Source of the DNA: a virus
Taxonomy: Duplodnaviria > Caudoviricetes
IMG/VR virus record: IMGVR_UViG_3300021431_000003
Coordinates: 128,001 to 192,000 of that record
Length of the DNA stretch: 64,000 bases
Direction: 5' to 3' (one strand)
The position numbers were made by a program, and so were the translations under genes. The notes under the pieces were generated by a model. It ran no database searches and had not been told where the DNA came from. It saw only the letters and a program-made list of their open reading frames with translations. This document shows, one piece after another, positions 39,210-49,204 of the stretch; position 1 is the first letter of the stretch; each line of letters begins with the position of its first letter.

Positions 39210-40892
39210 GTGGAAATGAATGATCCTCGTATGGAGAATCTTCGTAGAGCAGCTGGAGTCACTAGACAGCAAAGTCAAGCTATCATGAATCGACTCAACT
39301 CTATGAATGATGAGGAAGTTAATTTGTTATTAAGTGAAAATGAAGAATTGAGAGATTTTATCTCAGTAGATGCAGACAAGGATAACAGTGGCATCGTTGT
39401 CAATTATGCAAATCAGCCACAAAACGAAAATACAAATCAGATTACATTCCAAGCACCGTGGGAAGGTAATCTATCTGTAGGAGGAGCGATGTCTCCTCAA
39501 ACAATGAATCTATTCCAATCAAATGGTTTATTCGGAAACATTTGGAATTGGGGACAGATGGATAAAAGAGTCCAGATATATAATCAGCATCCTGGGATGA
39601 GACTGTATAATATCAATCCTTATCAATTCTTAGATGAGAATGATTTGATTGATTATTATACTGCACTTGAACAGCAGAGAGAAAAAGATGAAAATCTTAA
39701 ATATGTATTCTGTAGACTTGGAGCTAGAGAAGACGGTTCTAAAGAAGCTCTTGAATGGGCAGAGCAGTTCAAGTTTAAACCCGCTGATGATATTGTGAAA
39801 GAACAATATGAAGCAAGGCAGAGAGCAGAAGAAGAGAGGAGAAAAGAACTCTATGGAGAAGATGGTACTAGAACAGTATATGGTGTTTATGACGCTAATG
39901 GTTATCGTCTTCAGAGAACTTGTGCTTTCAAAGTTGTAAATCTTGAAACTGGTGAAGTTGTAAAGGAAGTAAAGTATCGTAAAGATGAAAATGGTCAATC
40001 TTATGAGATTCATTCTATGACAGAAGACCGTAAACTTGCATATGAAATTCAGCAGATTCATGCAGCATTCTATCAGGATGCAAGATTTAAGGAAGTATTC
40101 AGAAGACTCTTTAATCAAGATTACTTTGGTAATATTGCTAAGTGGGAGGGTTGGAAACAAGCAGGTCTTACCAAAGCTCAGATGTATACTCTATATGAAG
40201 ACGAAAGAGTAGATTGGAAGAAGCATGAGAAGCTTATTAATAGAGCTCTTATGGCGGCATCATATTCTAGAGAGAAGTTTAATGATATCCTCAGAAAGTG
40301 TTGTCATTGTGAGTTGGACTATGCTAATAAGTCCAGCTTCTTTAGTCTGTCTTATGACTTTGAAAGAGATTTGCATTATAAGAGACTCACTTCTACACCT
40401 GAAGAAATGCAGAATGACCCGATGGTACATTCTAAACTTCAACAGGAATACGAAATCAAACGTAAGTTGTTTATGGATAAGGTGAATAGTGGTAACCTTG
40501 GATGTAATATGATGATGGATGCAAACTATCATCCTACTTTCCCGAAGCCGAATATCGAACAGCTTACACTTGAGGATTTTAACAAGCCTGAGAATCAAGT
40601 AATGTATACTCAGATTGTTACACCAGAAATTGCAACTCCGAATATGTTCATTCCAGATAACAAGTCTAATGATAAACCATTGTCAAGAGAGGAGATACTT
40701 GCAATGAATGGCGTTAAACTGGATGCAAATGGACAGGTTATACCACAACAAAGAACCATTGGTTATATGACTGTAGATGACGATACAGGTCAGGTTATAT
40801 CTCAGCAAGAGTTTGATGTAGCGACAGGTAATCAAGGTAACTCTGCGAATAATAATATGACAGACGAAGAATTAATCAATGCTGGTTTCTAA
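39210..40892 (+). CDS. Hypothetical early protein
   Basis: 560-aa ORF, promoter at 39149. Confidence 0.8.
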   Translation: MEMNDPRMENLRRAAGVTRQQSQAIMNRLNSMNDEEVNLLLSENEELRDFISVDADKDNSGIVVNYANQPQNENTNQITFQAPWEGNLSVGGAMSPQTMNLFQSNGLFGNIWNWGQMDKRVQIYNQHPGMRLYNINPYQFLDENDLIDYYTALEQQREKDENLKYVFCRLGAREDGSKEALEWAEQFKFKPADDIVKEQYEARQRAEEERRKELYGEDGTRTVYGVYDANGYRLQRTCAFKVVNLETGEVVKEVKYRKDENGQSYEIHSMTEDRKLAYEIQQIHAAFYQDARFKEVFRRLFNQDYFGNIAKWEGWKQAGLTKAQMYTLYEDERVDWKKHEKLINRALMAASYSREKFNDILRKCCHCELDYANKSSFFSLSYDFERDLHYKRLTSTPEEMQNDPMVHSKLQQEYEIKRKLFMDKVNSGNLGCNMMMDANYHPTFPKPNIEQLTLEDFNKPENQVMYTQIVTPEIATPNMFIPDNKSNDKPLSREEILAMNGVKLDANGQVIPQQRTIGYMTVDDDTGQVISQQEFDVATGNQGNSANNNMTDEELINAGF

Positions 40893-40904
40893 GGTGGTGT
40901 AATT

Positions 40905-43214
40905 ATGAAAATCAACCCTAATCTTGTAGATATCTATAAGAAAGATACAATCAAGATTTCAAAACTACAAGAAGAATATATTAAGTGGTTTGATAGTCTA
41001 CAGACTAGATATCCACTATCTTATTATCTAACTAATCAGGATATAGCTTATCTTTATAGATGTGCAATGTCACCAGCATTGAACTGCGATGTTAAAGAGA
41101 AGTATCATCTTATTGGTGAATTAATGAGAAACAGAGGCTTTGAGTTAATCGGTGGTGGTACTAACCGAAGAGCTTATAGATGTACATTTGAAGATTTGGT
41201 TATTAAGATTGCTACAGACCAAGTAGGGTTTACAAGTAATCTAAGAGAGTATCCGAATCAAAATGTAATCAAGCCTTTCTGTACTAAAATCTTCGGTACA
41301 GATTATAATGGTGTAGTATCAATGTCAGAACAGTTCATTCCGTTCAAAACTGTAGAAGAGTTTCAGAAGTATAGTCAAGATATATTTGATATCTTATATT
41401 TCAAACTCAGAAACAATGATATCGGTATGGAAGATGTTGGTACTCGCTCATTTAAAAACTGGGGACTTCGTAACGGGTTTGGACCTGGAATGTTAGATTT
41501 CCCTACAATGTATGTATTGGACCCCACTAAGAGATTCTGTCGTAATATCGTCAATGGTCAGATGTGCGGTGGTACGTTAGATTATGATGAGGGTTTTAAT
41601 GTAATTGTTTGTAGCGAATGTGGTAGAACACATTTCGTTAGAACACTTGCAAAGAAAGATGGAGAAGATATCTCCAAATTATTACAAGCTGTTGGTTACC
41701 AACAAAGAAAAAGTGAAAAGGAGTCATTTAGTATGAAAATCAAACTTGTAAATCTTGAAACTGGCGAGGTTGAATCTGTTAGAGAAGTAGGTGGGAAGTC
41801 TAACTTCGTAGACCCTAATAGAAGAAAGAGACCCAGGCAGGTCATTAATCTTAATGAACCTCAGAAGAACACAAAGAAGAAAAAGGAAATCAAGTTCAAG
41901 GATGTAATTGTAGGTACGCTTAATCCTGAAACTGGTGAAATTGAAGATGGAACTGCTCCTAAGATTGAGACTAAAGAAGAACCTGTAATGACAACTGAGA
42001 AGAAGCCTATCATTACAGAAGATGAGATTGAGAATCTTATTGACAAGGATAAGAAGCATTCTGTAGAAGAAGTTATCAATACGTTTGATAGACTTATTGT
42101 CGATACAACTATGAATTATGAAGGTAATAACGACCCTAATAATGTCATGGATATTATTAATGTCATCAACAATAATATCAATGGTATAACTAGTATTCCT
42201 AAAGAGAAAACAGAGAGTATGTTTAAAGAACTGTCTGTAGCAACTCTTGACCTTAATTATTATGAGGCTACTTCTATAAGTGATGACACAATCAGAATTT
42301 CTAATAATACTATGATTGCACGTCTTGTACAGAGAATTATCAGAAATCCAGAAGATAACTTTGCGGCATTTGAGAGACTCATTAATACTGTAAAGAATTC
42401 TGCTGCGTTCTTTGAAAGCGTAATCGGATTCTTCAAGACAGTATTAGAGCATTTTAGCTATGATATTGAGGAAAAGGTCGGTGGAGAAGATTATCATTAT
42501 ATGTATAAGGATGTCTTTAATATCGCTAGAAAGGCAATCGCATATGTATTTGATGATTTCCTCTATAATATCATGCTTAACGGTGTTTCTAATTCGTTCA
42601 GTGGTCAGCTTGTCTATAATAGAAACAATGCTTTTATTAAGCTTAGAGATTGTCTGAAGGAAATGTCTGAAGCATTTAATAATGCTGAGAAGGCTTCTGA
42701 ATCTACAGACAAGACTGCATCTGTTCAGCTTTATAGACGTAACGATTATGCAGAACTTTATTGTTTCTTTACAGAGGAAGATGATGATAATGATAACGAA
42801 TCTGAACTGGATGCATCAGATGATACTGAAGAGAACACGACTTACTCTAGCGAAGATAATGAAGATATCTCCGAAGAAGTATCAACTGAAAATAGCGAAA
42901 CAGATGAAGAAGTTGAGACAGAAGGAAACTCAACTGTTCAGGAAGAGATTTCAAACGTGGCAGAAGAGGAAGAAACTGAAGAAGAGATTCCTGAGAAGGA
43001 TGCAGATGGAACAGTGGAAAACATTGTGGACAATGTATCTAGCTCTGAGTCTTCTGATAACACTTCTGATTCAAATGATGAACCTGATATTCCAGTAAGA
43101 AAGAAAGTAGTTGAACACATGCCTACTAATACAGATGAAATTGACAGCTATAATAAGATGTCTAGAAAACAGAGAAGAAAGTTTGAGAAAGACAATAAAA
43201 AGAAGCGTAAGTAA
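40905..43214 (+). CDS. Protein-kinase-like domain + Zn ribbon + long helical/acidic C-terminal region
   Basis: Gly loop IGGGTNR.AY, VIKIA, N.RE, catalytic D......NWG, LDF; CxxxxxxxxC..CSECG. Confidence 0.65.
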   Translation: MKINPNLVDIYKKDTIKISKLQEEYIKWFDSLQTRYPLSYYLTNQDIAYLYRCAMSPALNCDVKEKYHLIGELMRNRGFELIGGGTNRRAYRCTFEDLVIKIATDQVGFTSNLREYPNQNVIKPFCTKIFGTDYNGVVSMSEQFIPFKTVEEFQKYSQDIFDILYFKLRNNDIGMEDVGTRSFKNWGLRNGFGPGMLDFPTMYVLDPTKRFCRNIVNGQMCGGTLDYDEGFNVIVCSECGRTHFVRTLAKKDGEDISKLLQAVGYQQRKSEKESFSMKIKLVNLETGEVESVREVGGKSNFVDPNRRKRPRQVINLNEPQKNTKKKKEIKFKDVIVGTLNPETGEIEDGTAPKIETKEEPVMTTEKKPIITEDEIENLIDKDKKHSVEEVINTFDRLIVDTTMNYEGNNDPNNVMDIINVINNNINGITSIPKEKTESMFKELSVATLDLNYYEATSISDDTIRISNNTMIARLVQRIIRNPEDNFAAFERLINTVKNSAAFFESVIGFFKTVLEHFSYDIEEKVGGEDYHYMYKDVFNIARKAIAYVFDDFLYNIMLNGVSNSFSGQLVYNRNNAFIKLRDCLKEMSEAFNNAEKASESTDKTASVQLYRRNDYAELYCFFTEEDDDNDNESELDASDDTEENTTYSSEDNEDISEEVSTENSETDEEVETEGNSTVQEEISNVAEEEETEEEIPEKDADGTVENIVDNVSSSESSDNTSDSNDEPDIPVRKKVVEHMPTNTDEIDSYNKMSRKQRRKFEKDNKKKRK

Positions 43215-43289
43215 TCCTAATCGTGTAAGTTGAGGTGAGTTTTACACTTACCTCAACTTACCAATAATAATATAAAAGGAGGAATTTCC

Positions 43290-43856
43290 ATGATTGGAAA
43301 TATTTCAATTGCCACTAATTTCAATGAACTGAATTTCATCATTCAAACAAGACTTAATACAAAAGTGTCTTCATATATGAGTAACGGCATGAATGCACCT
43401 AAGTGTAAAGTTATTGTTGTAGATGATTTTTGTCCCAGTGATAACAGAGATTATGTATGTGCTTCTATCTTACTTCCCGACAGTAAGTCTATGGAGTGTC
43501 TAATCGACGGTAACTACGCTCAGTTCGATTATTTTTATAATATGAAACTGATGAATGACCCAGATATCAAAGAATATCTTGCCGTTATTATTACTGGATT
43601 GATGGAGAGATGTTATGATTATATCTTCTATTTTGATTTCCAGAATAATACAAATATGCAACCTATTGCACAGTCTTTGATTAACTTCTTAGACAGAAAT
43701 CTTGGGTTGCTGTTTTATGATGCAGCTTGTATTCAACAGAATCCACAGGTACTATTTTATCAGTCTATGAGACCTGAAGCTATGGCTGCTAATAAAATGG
43801 CTATTGATTCTTATGGTTATTCAGATAAAGCACCATCTTTGTTTCAGCAATTCTAA
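43290..43856 (+). CDS. Hypothetical protein, weak DUF488-like pattern
   Basis: LLP......G....F...Y...L pattern; no catalytic CHR motif. Confidence 0.4.
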   Translation: MIGNISIATNFNELNFIIQTRLNTKVSSYMSNGMNAPKCKVIVVDDFCPSDNRDYVCASILLPDSKSMECLIDGNYAQFDYFYNMKLMNDPDIKEYLAVIITGLMERCYDYIFYFDFQNNTNMQPIAQSLINFLDRNLGLLFYDAACIQQNPQVLFYQSMRPEAMAANKMAIDSYGYSDKAPSLFQQF

Positions 43857-43867
43857 GAGGTGATTTT

Positions 43868-44356
43868 ATGATTATCTTTGGTAGTCCAGACGCACTGAAA
43901 TATTGTAAGAGTAGAATAAATATAAATCTTGTAGTAAACTTCAACACAATGTTTGAGTGTGTACCTCAACTCATGTATCTGAATCCTTATCGTAATAATC
44001 AATATTACGGTAATACAAATTGTTATGAGTTCGACATGTGGTATGTAAACTATCTTGCTTCAACACAAGAAGCATTTAGAGAGTTTATCAATCTCATGAG
44101 AGAAGCTTATAACGGTAAGAACGTTTGGATATTGGTAGACTTTTCTACTGAGACTGCATCAAATGTAGTTGAGACGTTGATTAAGTATATTATGGAAACT
44201 TATGGATATGCTTGTAACGTTGCTCATACTCCAGACGATACAGAAAACTTTGTAGAAGGACAATTCTCGCCAATGGGTATTCAAATGTTTGATACTCATA
44301 TGGAAAACTATCTTCAATACTTTGGAGGTAGAGGACTTGAATCTGATCCAGAATAG
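43868..44356 (+). CDS. Hypothetical protein, weak DUF488-like pattern
   Basis: LNP....F..WY..YL......F..L......GKNVWIL pattern. Confidence 0.4.
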   Translation: MIIFGSPDALKYCKSRININLVVNFNTMFECVPQLMYLNPYRNNQYYGNTNCYEFDMWYVNYLASTQEAFREFINLMREAYNGKNVWILVDFSTETASNVVETLIKYIMETYGYACNVAHTPDDTENFVEGQFSPMGIQMFDTHMENYLQYFGGRGLESDPE

Positions 44357-44367
44357 AGGTAATTATA

Positions 44368-45153
44368 ATGAATGAGTTATATAAGAAGACATTATATACT
44401 ATAAATGCAAAATGGCTTATTCACGAGATCTTTGAATACGATATCTCTAAAGCGAATATATCCATACTATTACAGTATGGATATATTTCTCCACAAGAGT
44501 TCGATATGTATTCTCAGATGAGCAGAATGCAAAGACAAATTGCAATCGGTAGACTTCAACAGAATCCTATGTATTCTTCTGCTATTAGTAGAGGATTTGA
44601 AGAAGCTAGAAAGAATCTAATAGTCTCTAACAATATCAAAGAAGATGAGATTGTATCTATTAAGAAAGATGCGCTTTATGTAATGAATAGACTAAATGTG
44701 ACAGACTTCGATAATATTCACTTTACACTTCGAGGAACATATTCAATGTTCTTGATTTGTATGGGGTTAGAGATATACTTCTTCTGGGATGAAAGAACTG
44801 ATGATTATGATATTCAGATTAAAGGTATTAGTGATGATAAGTTATATCTTCACGAAGCTTTCATATCTATTATATGTGATATCTTGAGAAATGTACAAAA
44901 GCAAGATATTCAATCTGCAATGATTATGATTAGTCAGATTAGAGGTAAGTATGATAGTGGAGAACTTCCTACAGAATGTTATAGAGAATTTAACTCTTCG
45001 TCATGTTATAGACTTAAGGGTATGAACTATGGAGTTGTTGATTTGACTCAAGATGAAATGCTAACTCTGTTACCACATATTGACAAGTCCTATAATTGTG
45101 CATTCTTATTGGAGTTTCATAAGATTTTGATGGAAATGATGTTTACCAGATAA
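44368..45153 (+). CDS. Small divergent family-B DNA polymerase palm-like protein
   Basis: EYDISKAN (motif A-like) and SIKKDALY (motif C-like) in only 261 aa. Confidence 0.5.
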   Translation: MNELYKKTLYTINAKWLIHEIFEYDISKANISILLQYGYISPQEFDMYSQMSRMQRQIAIGRLQQNPMYSSAISRGFEEARKNLIVSNNIKEDEIVSIKKDALYVMNRLNVTDFDNIHFTLRGTYSMFLICMGLEIYFFWDERTDDYDIQIKGISDDKLYLHEAFISIICDILRNVQKQDIQSAMIMISQIRGKYDSGELPTECYREFNSSSCYRLKGMNYGVVDLTQDEMLTLLPHIDKSYNCAFLLEFHKILMEMMFTR

Positions 45154-45239
45154 CGAGAAACGTGCTCTTTGTAGCACGTTTCTTTTTTGTCTTAATAGTG
45201 GAACTTTAATATAAAGATTCTTGTAAAGGAGGAAACAGT

Positions 45240-48200
45240 ATGTCAACAAACTTTTTAAATAGACGTATGGATTTGCTACATAGCGTAGCAACAAATACGA
45301 ACTTTCTTACTATGGATACTAGTTATCCTGTTAAGATTGCTGGTAAGATATTAAAGCTGTTCACTGCATCTAATATCTTTAATACAAATGATTGGGTACT
45401 TCAAAATACTGAAAGTGAACGTATTCTTACAATTAGTTCTGACCACGTATATGACTTTGCAGGTAGAGTCATTAAAAATAATATCGGTGAAGAAAAAGCA
45501 TATGCTACTAATGCCGATGTATATAAAAGTGAAGATTATGTAATGGTAATCATTGATTTTGATGATGAACATAGCAATGCTAACCCATCTATCCATCTTT
45601 GTTCTCAGACTAACTTTGAGAATCTCATTACTAGTGGGAGTGGAGATGATTGTAAATTTAAATTATTTGATATAACTGGCGATACTCCAATGGGTAATGG
45701 TTTTAATTACGATATAGATACAGATGTATTTGAATCTGCAATTGAATTTGATAATTTAGAGGATTCGCATGCTTTAATTCGTCATTCTTCTGATAATATA
45801 GTATATGAGTTGCCTATTAAAGATAATAACAATAATTATTCTATGAAGCCAGTATCAAATTTAGAAACAATTGATATTAATAGTATTAACATGTCTATTC
45901 AAAATTTCATATACCCTTCTATAAGTATTCAATCTAATAATATAACAGGAGGATTTGACAATCAAGACGCACTAGAACTATGTAAAGTATATAATGGTTC
46001 ATTCTCTGACAAGTTTATAGAAGAATATTGTTTTACTGAAGAAGAGATGCTTAATCTTGGATTGTGGAATGCTGATTATACTAACTATTTAAAATCATAT
46101 TATAATAATATAAGCGGTGATAAATCAGAATATTACTATGTATTAAAGAGTAATAATAGAGAATTTGATAGTGATGAATTAGACGATGATCTTAAATTTA
46201 CTCCTATCAAGATTAGTAATAACAAAATAATGACTATAGATTATATATCTAATAATGCATTTACCGTAGGCGACAGAAAAGTAAATGTTACTTATATTGG
46301 AGAAAGTTCTAGATACTTTGGAAATTTCTGGAGTAGTGATTTAACTACTGGATATTCTTATTACTGGTATATTGGAGATTATGGTAAGCTAAATATTTAT
46401 AATCTTACATTTATAAATGATAATGGAAAATCTGTAGACATAGACTCTTATAATGTTAACTATACAGATTATGTAAATAATGGTGGAGATATAAATAGTG
46501 CTGACCGTATATTCCATAAAAATTATAATGTAACTGATGCTGAAGATAGTGAAGCTTATGTAAATCGTTTTATAGATTTCTTCTGTAATGATGATTCATC
46601 TTATAAATCATTTTTACTTGGTAGAGCTTACGGTTTATCTAATGGCACTTCTGGTGATAATGCTATTACCTTTAAAAGTGAATCTTCTAATTCAAAAGTT
46701 ATATCTAATACAGTAATAATGTATCCAGAACTTTATGAGAACATATTGTTTGATAAAGAAGGAAATACATTTGCTCATTCTTCTGAGAAAATTAGAAATT
46801 TCACATCTCTATATAATGGAGAATCTACAACTGATTTTGATAGAACAGATTATTATAATAATTCAAGAATTAGTGCTAGGTCTAATATAAATAATTATTA
46901 TACTATATATGAGTTATTCGACCATGCAAATACTATAGAAAATGCTGTTCCTCAAGATGCATTAGTTGGTACTATTTATAATTACACAACCACAATAAAT
47001 GGTACTAGCTATAAATATAAGTATAGATGTAATAAAACATTGAATAACGACTATGGTAAAATACTTGTTATAACAAATAGAAATAACGTTACCAAAAAGA
47101 TACTTCTAAATGTTGTAAACAAGCTCATAGTTTCTAGAATAGCTGCGCCTTATTATACTGATATTAAACCAAGTTATAATAATGCGGAAATCGGTCATAG
47201 CTCTATTGTCGTAAGACAAGATATTAATAGTGCTGCTGATTCTATTGATGTAGATGCTGATAATATTGTGATAAATTTAAATGGTGTATCATATCAATTA
47301 TATAAGATTGTAAAAGATGGAACAAATCTTACTCATACTGCAGTAACAACAAGTAACTTTAAGACAAATTCTAGTTCAGAAACATCTAACTTAGAATACT
47401 ATTACTTTATTACTAGTAGGAACGTATATAGAATCAAGTATTTTTGGAAATCTGATGACACTTCTAAAACAGTAAATGATTATGATTATTATACAATATC
47501 TAGTCTATTTAGATATACAAGTGATATAACAGAAGCAAACTGTCATGTTAATATGTTTACAAGGGCATATGTAGCAGCATATGTAAATACAGAAAATGCT
47601 ACAGTAGATAGTGCTGTTAATTCATTTAATAGCCTAAGAAGTTCTAATCAACTTTCTATTGTAGAATATGTGGTTAAGGCGTTTAACTTTTATCCAGTAT
47701 CCCCATCTAATGATGAATTCATTGTAAATTTAAATTTTACCTCTTCTATAGATGAATTTAGTGTATATACAACAGATTTGATAATTGATGACTTTTATCT
47801 GGTATATCCAAGAAATGTAGGAGATATTACAAAGAATAACGGTACTGGATTAAGAAGAACTGATTTTTATGGTGATTATGTAGTTTATCAGAATGGTCAA
47901 ATTCCATCACTATCTAATGTCACTAAAAATGGTTCTCTAATCTACTCTATACAAAATTATAATAAGTTCATCCAAAAAGAACTTGTTAGCAATAGAATAA
48001 ATACAGTTGAATTTAAATACTTAAACGGTGTTGGTATTAGAGAAGAATATTACGTAAACAAATCTCTATATGATTTCTATAATAGTGCTGTATCAAGAAA
48101 TCTAGCAATACCTAAAGATGATGCAAATAGTATCAGAAAATTCAACGAATCACCATTCAGTTTCTTTAAGAAATCTGATGTAGCTAATATAACTAATACA

Positions 48201-49130
48201 GAAAATATTAATGGTAAAATCAAATTCAAATCAGGAACATCTGATTATACACTGAAGTCTAATCTGTATATTTCAACAGATATAGATTCTTCAAATATCT
48301 ATAACTTCAATAAATCTACAATTTATAGTAAAGAAGAAACACCTGGTAGTTCTGAAGTTAAATATATAGATGCCACAGCAGATTACTCATCTAATGATAA
48401 TATATTTGTAAATATATCTAAATCTGGAGATAAAATTATATATTCTATAGCTATTAGCGATGCAAATATAACATCTCCGTCTATAGTTCCATTATCTGGT
48501 ATGATGGATGACATAGATGATGATAAAATTAAATGGGATTCTTTATTAGTAGCTCTTTTCAATGATAAATCTGTAGACTTATTGTCTAGTCCAATAAGAC
48601 AAATCAAATCTTCGTTAAATACTGATTTAGTTGATACTGGACAAAATATTAATGATTCAGTAGATATCAACGATGATGTATCAACTTTAGCAAATTCTCA
48701 TGATACTATTTTTGATGAGGATAGCAAATACTATAAAGAACATAACGCAGAATTTGATAATAAACATAATGTATATAAATTTAATTATGGTTATGGATTT
48801 ATAAATCAGAGAAGAGATATAAATAATAGAGGTGTAATAGTATTTGTATCCGATGGTTCTTATACATCTCAAATAAGAAGTGGTGTATCTGGAGAACAAC
48901 CAGAAGATTACAAATATCAATTTACAGAAGGTAATATATACCCAAAACGCATGTATATTAACAATGATGGTATTCTTTGTACAAAGGAATACTTTGATAA
49001 TGAGGCTGCTGAATATACTCCTGCTGGCGGTACTGAACCTGTATATCCAGACAATCCTACAACTATTGCAGCTCTTCTTAAGAAGATTGAAGAGCTTGAA
49101 AACAGAATTGCTGCACTTGAAGGTAACTAA
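45240..49130 (+). CDS. Large virion/tail-associated protein
   Basis: 1296 aa, N/S/Y-rich, late promoter 45202, C-terminal coiled coil LLKKIEELENRIAALEG as in tail fibre proteins. Confidence 0.55.
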   Translation: MSTNFLNRRMDLLHSVATNTNFLTMDTSYPVKIAGKILKLFTASNIFNTNDWVLQNTESERILTISSDHVYDFAGRVIKNNIGEEKAYATNADVYKSEDYVMVIIDFDDEHSNANPSIHLCSQTNFENLITSGSGDDCKFKLFDITGDTPMGNGFNYDIDTDVFESAIEFDNLEDSHALIRHSSDNIVYELPIKDNNNNYSMKPVSNLETIDINSINMSIQNFIYPSISIQSNNITGGFDNQDALELCKVYNGSFSDKFIEEYCFTEEEMLNLGLWNADYTNYLKSYYNNISGDKSEYYYVLKSNNREFDSDELDDDLKFTPIKISNNKIMTIDYISNNAFTVGDRKVNVTYIGESSRYFGNFWSSDLTTGYSYYWYIGDYGKLNIYNLTFINDNGKSVDIDSYNVNYTDYVNNGGDINSADRIFHKNYNVTDAEDSEAYVNRFIDFFCNDDSSYKSFLLGRAYGLSNGTSGDNAITFKSESSNSKVISNTVIMYPELYENILFDKEGNTFAHSSEKIRNFTSLYNGESTTDFDRTDYYNNSRISARSNINNYYTIYELFDHANTIENAVPQDALVGTIYNYTTTINGTSYKYKYRCNKTLNNDYGKILVITNRNNVTKKILLNVVNKLIVSRIAAPYYTDIKPSYNNAEIGHSSIVVRQDINSAADSIDVDADNIVINLNGVSYQLYKIVKDGTNLTHTAVTTSNFKTNSSSETSNLEYYYFITSRNVYRIKYFWKSDDTSKTVNDYDYYTISSLFRYTSDITEANCHVNMFTRAYVAAYVNTENATVDSAVNSFNSLRSSNQLSIVEYVVKAFNFYPVSPSNDEFIVNLNFTSSIDEFSVYTTDLIIDDFYLVYPRNVGDITKNNGTGLRRTDFYGDYVVYQNGQIPSLSNVTKNGSLIYSIQNYNKFIQKELVSNRINTVEFKYLNGVGIREEYYVNKSLYDFYNSAVSRNLAIPKDDANSIRKFNESPFSFFKKSDVANITNTENINGKIKFKSGTSDYTLKSNLYISTDIDSSNIYNFNKSTIYSKEETPGSSEVKYIDATADYSSNDNIFVNISKSGDKIIYSIAISDANITSPSIVPLSGMMDDIDDDKIKWDSLLVALFNDKSVDLLSSPIRQIKSSLNTDLVDTGQNINDSVDINDDVSTLANSHDTIFDEDSKYYKEHNAEFDNKHNVYKFNYGYGFINQRRDINNRGVIVFVSDGSYTSQIRSGVSGEQPEDYKYQFTEGNIYPKRMYINNDGILCTKEYFDNEAAEYTPAGGTEPVYPDNPTTIAALLKKIEELENRIAALEGN

Positions 49131-49204
49131 TAATTTATCGTTAGAGAGACCCGTCATTTGGGTCTCTCTAACATTATATTAAAATACTAAAAGGAGGTAT
49201 TTAT

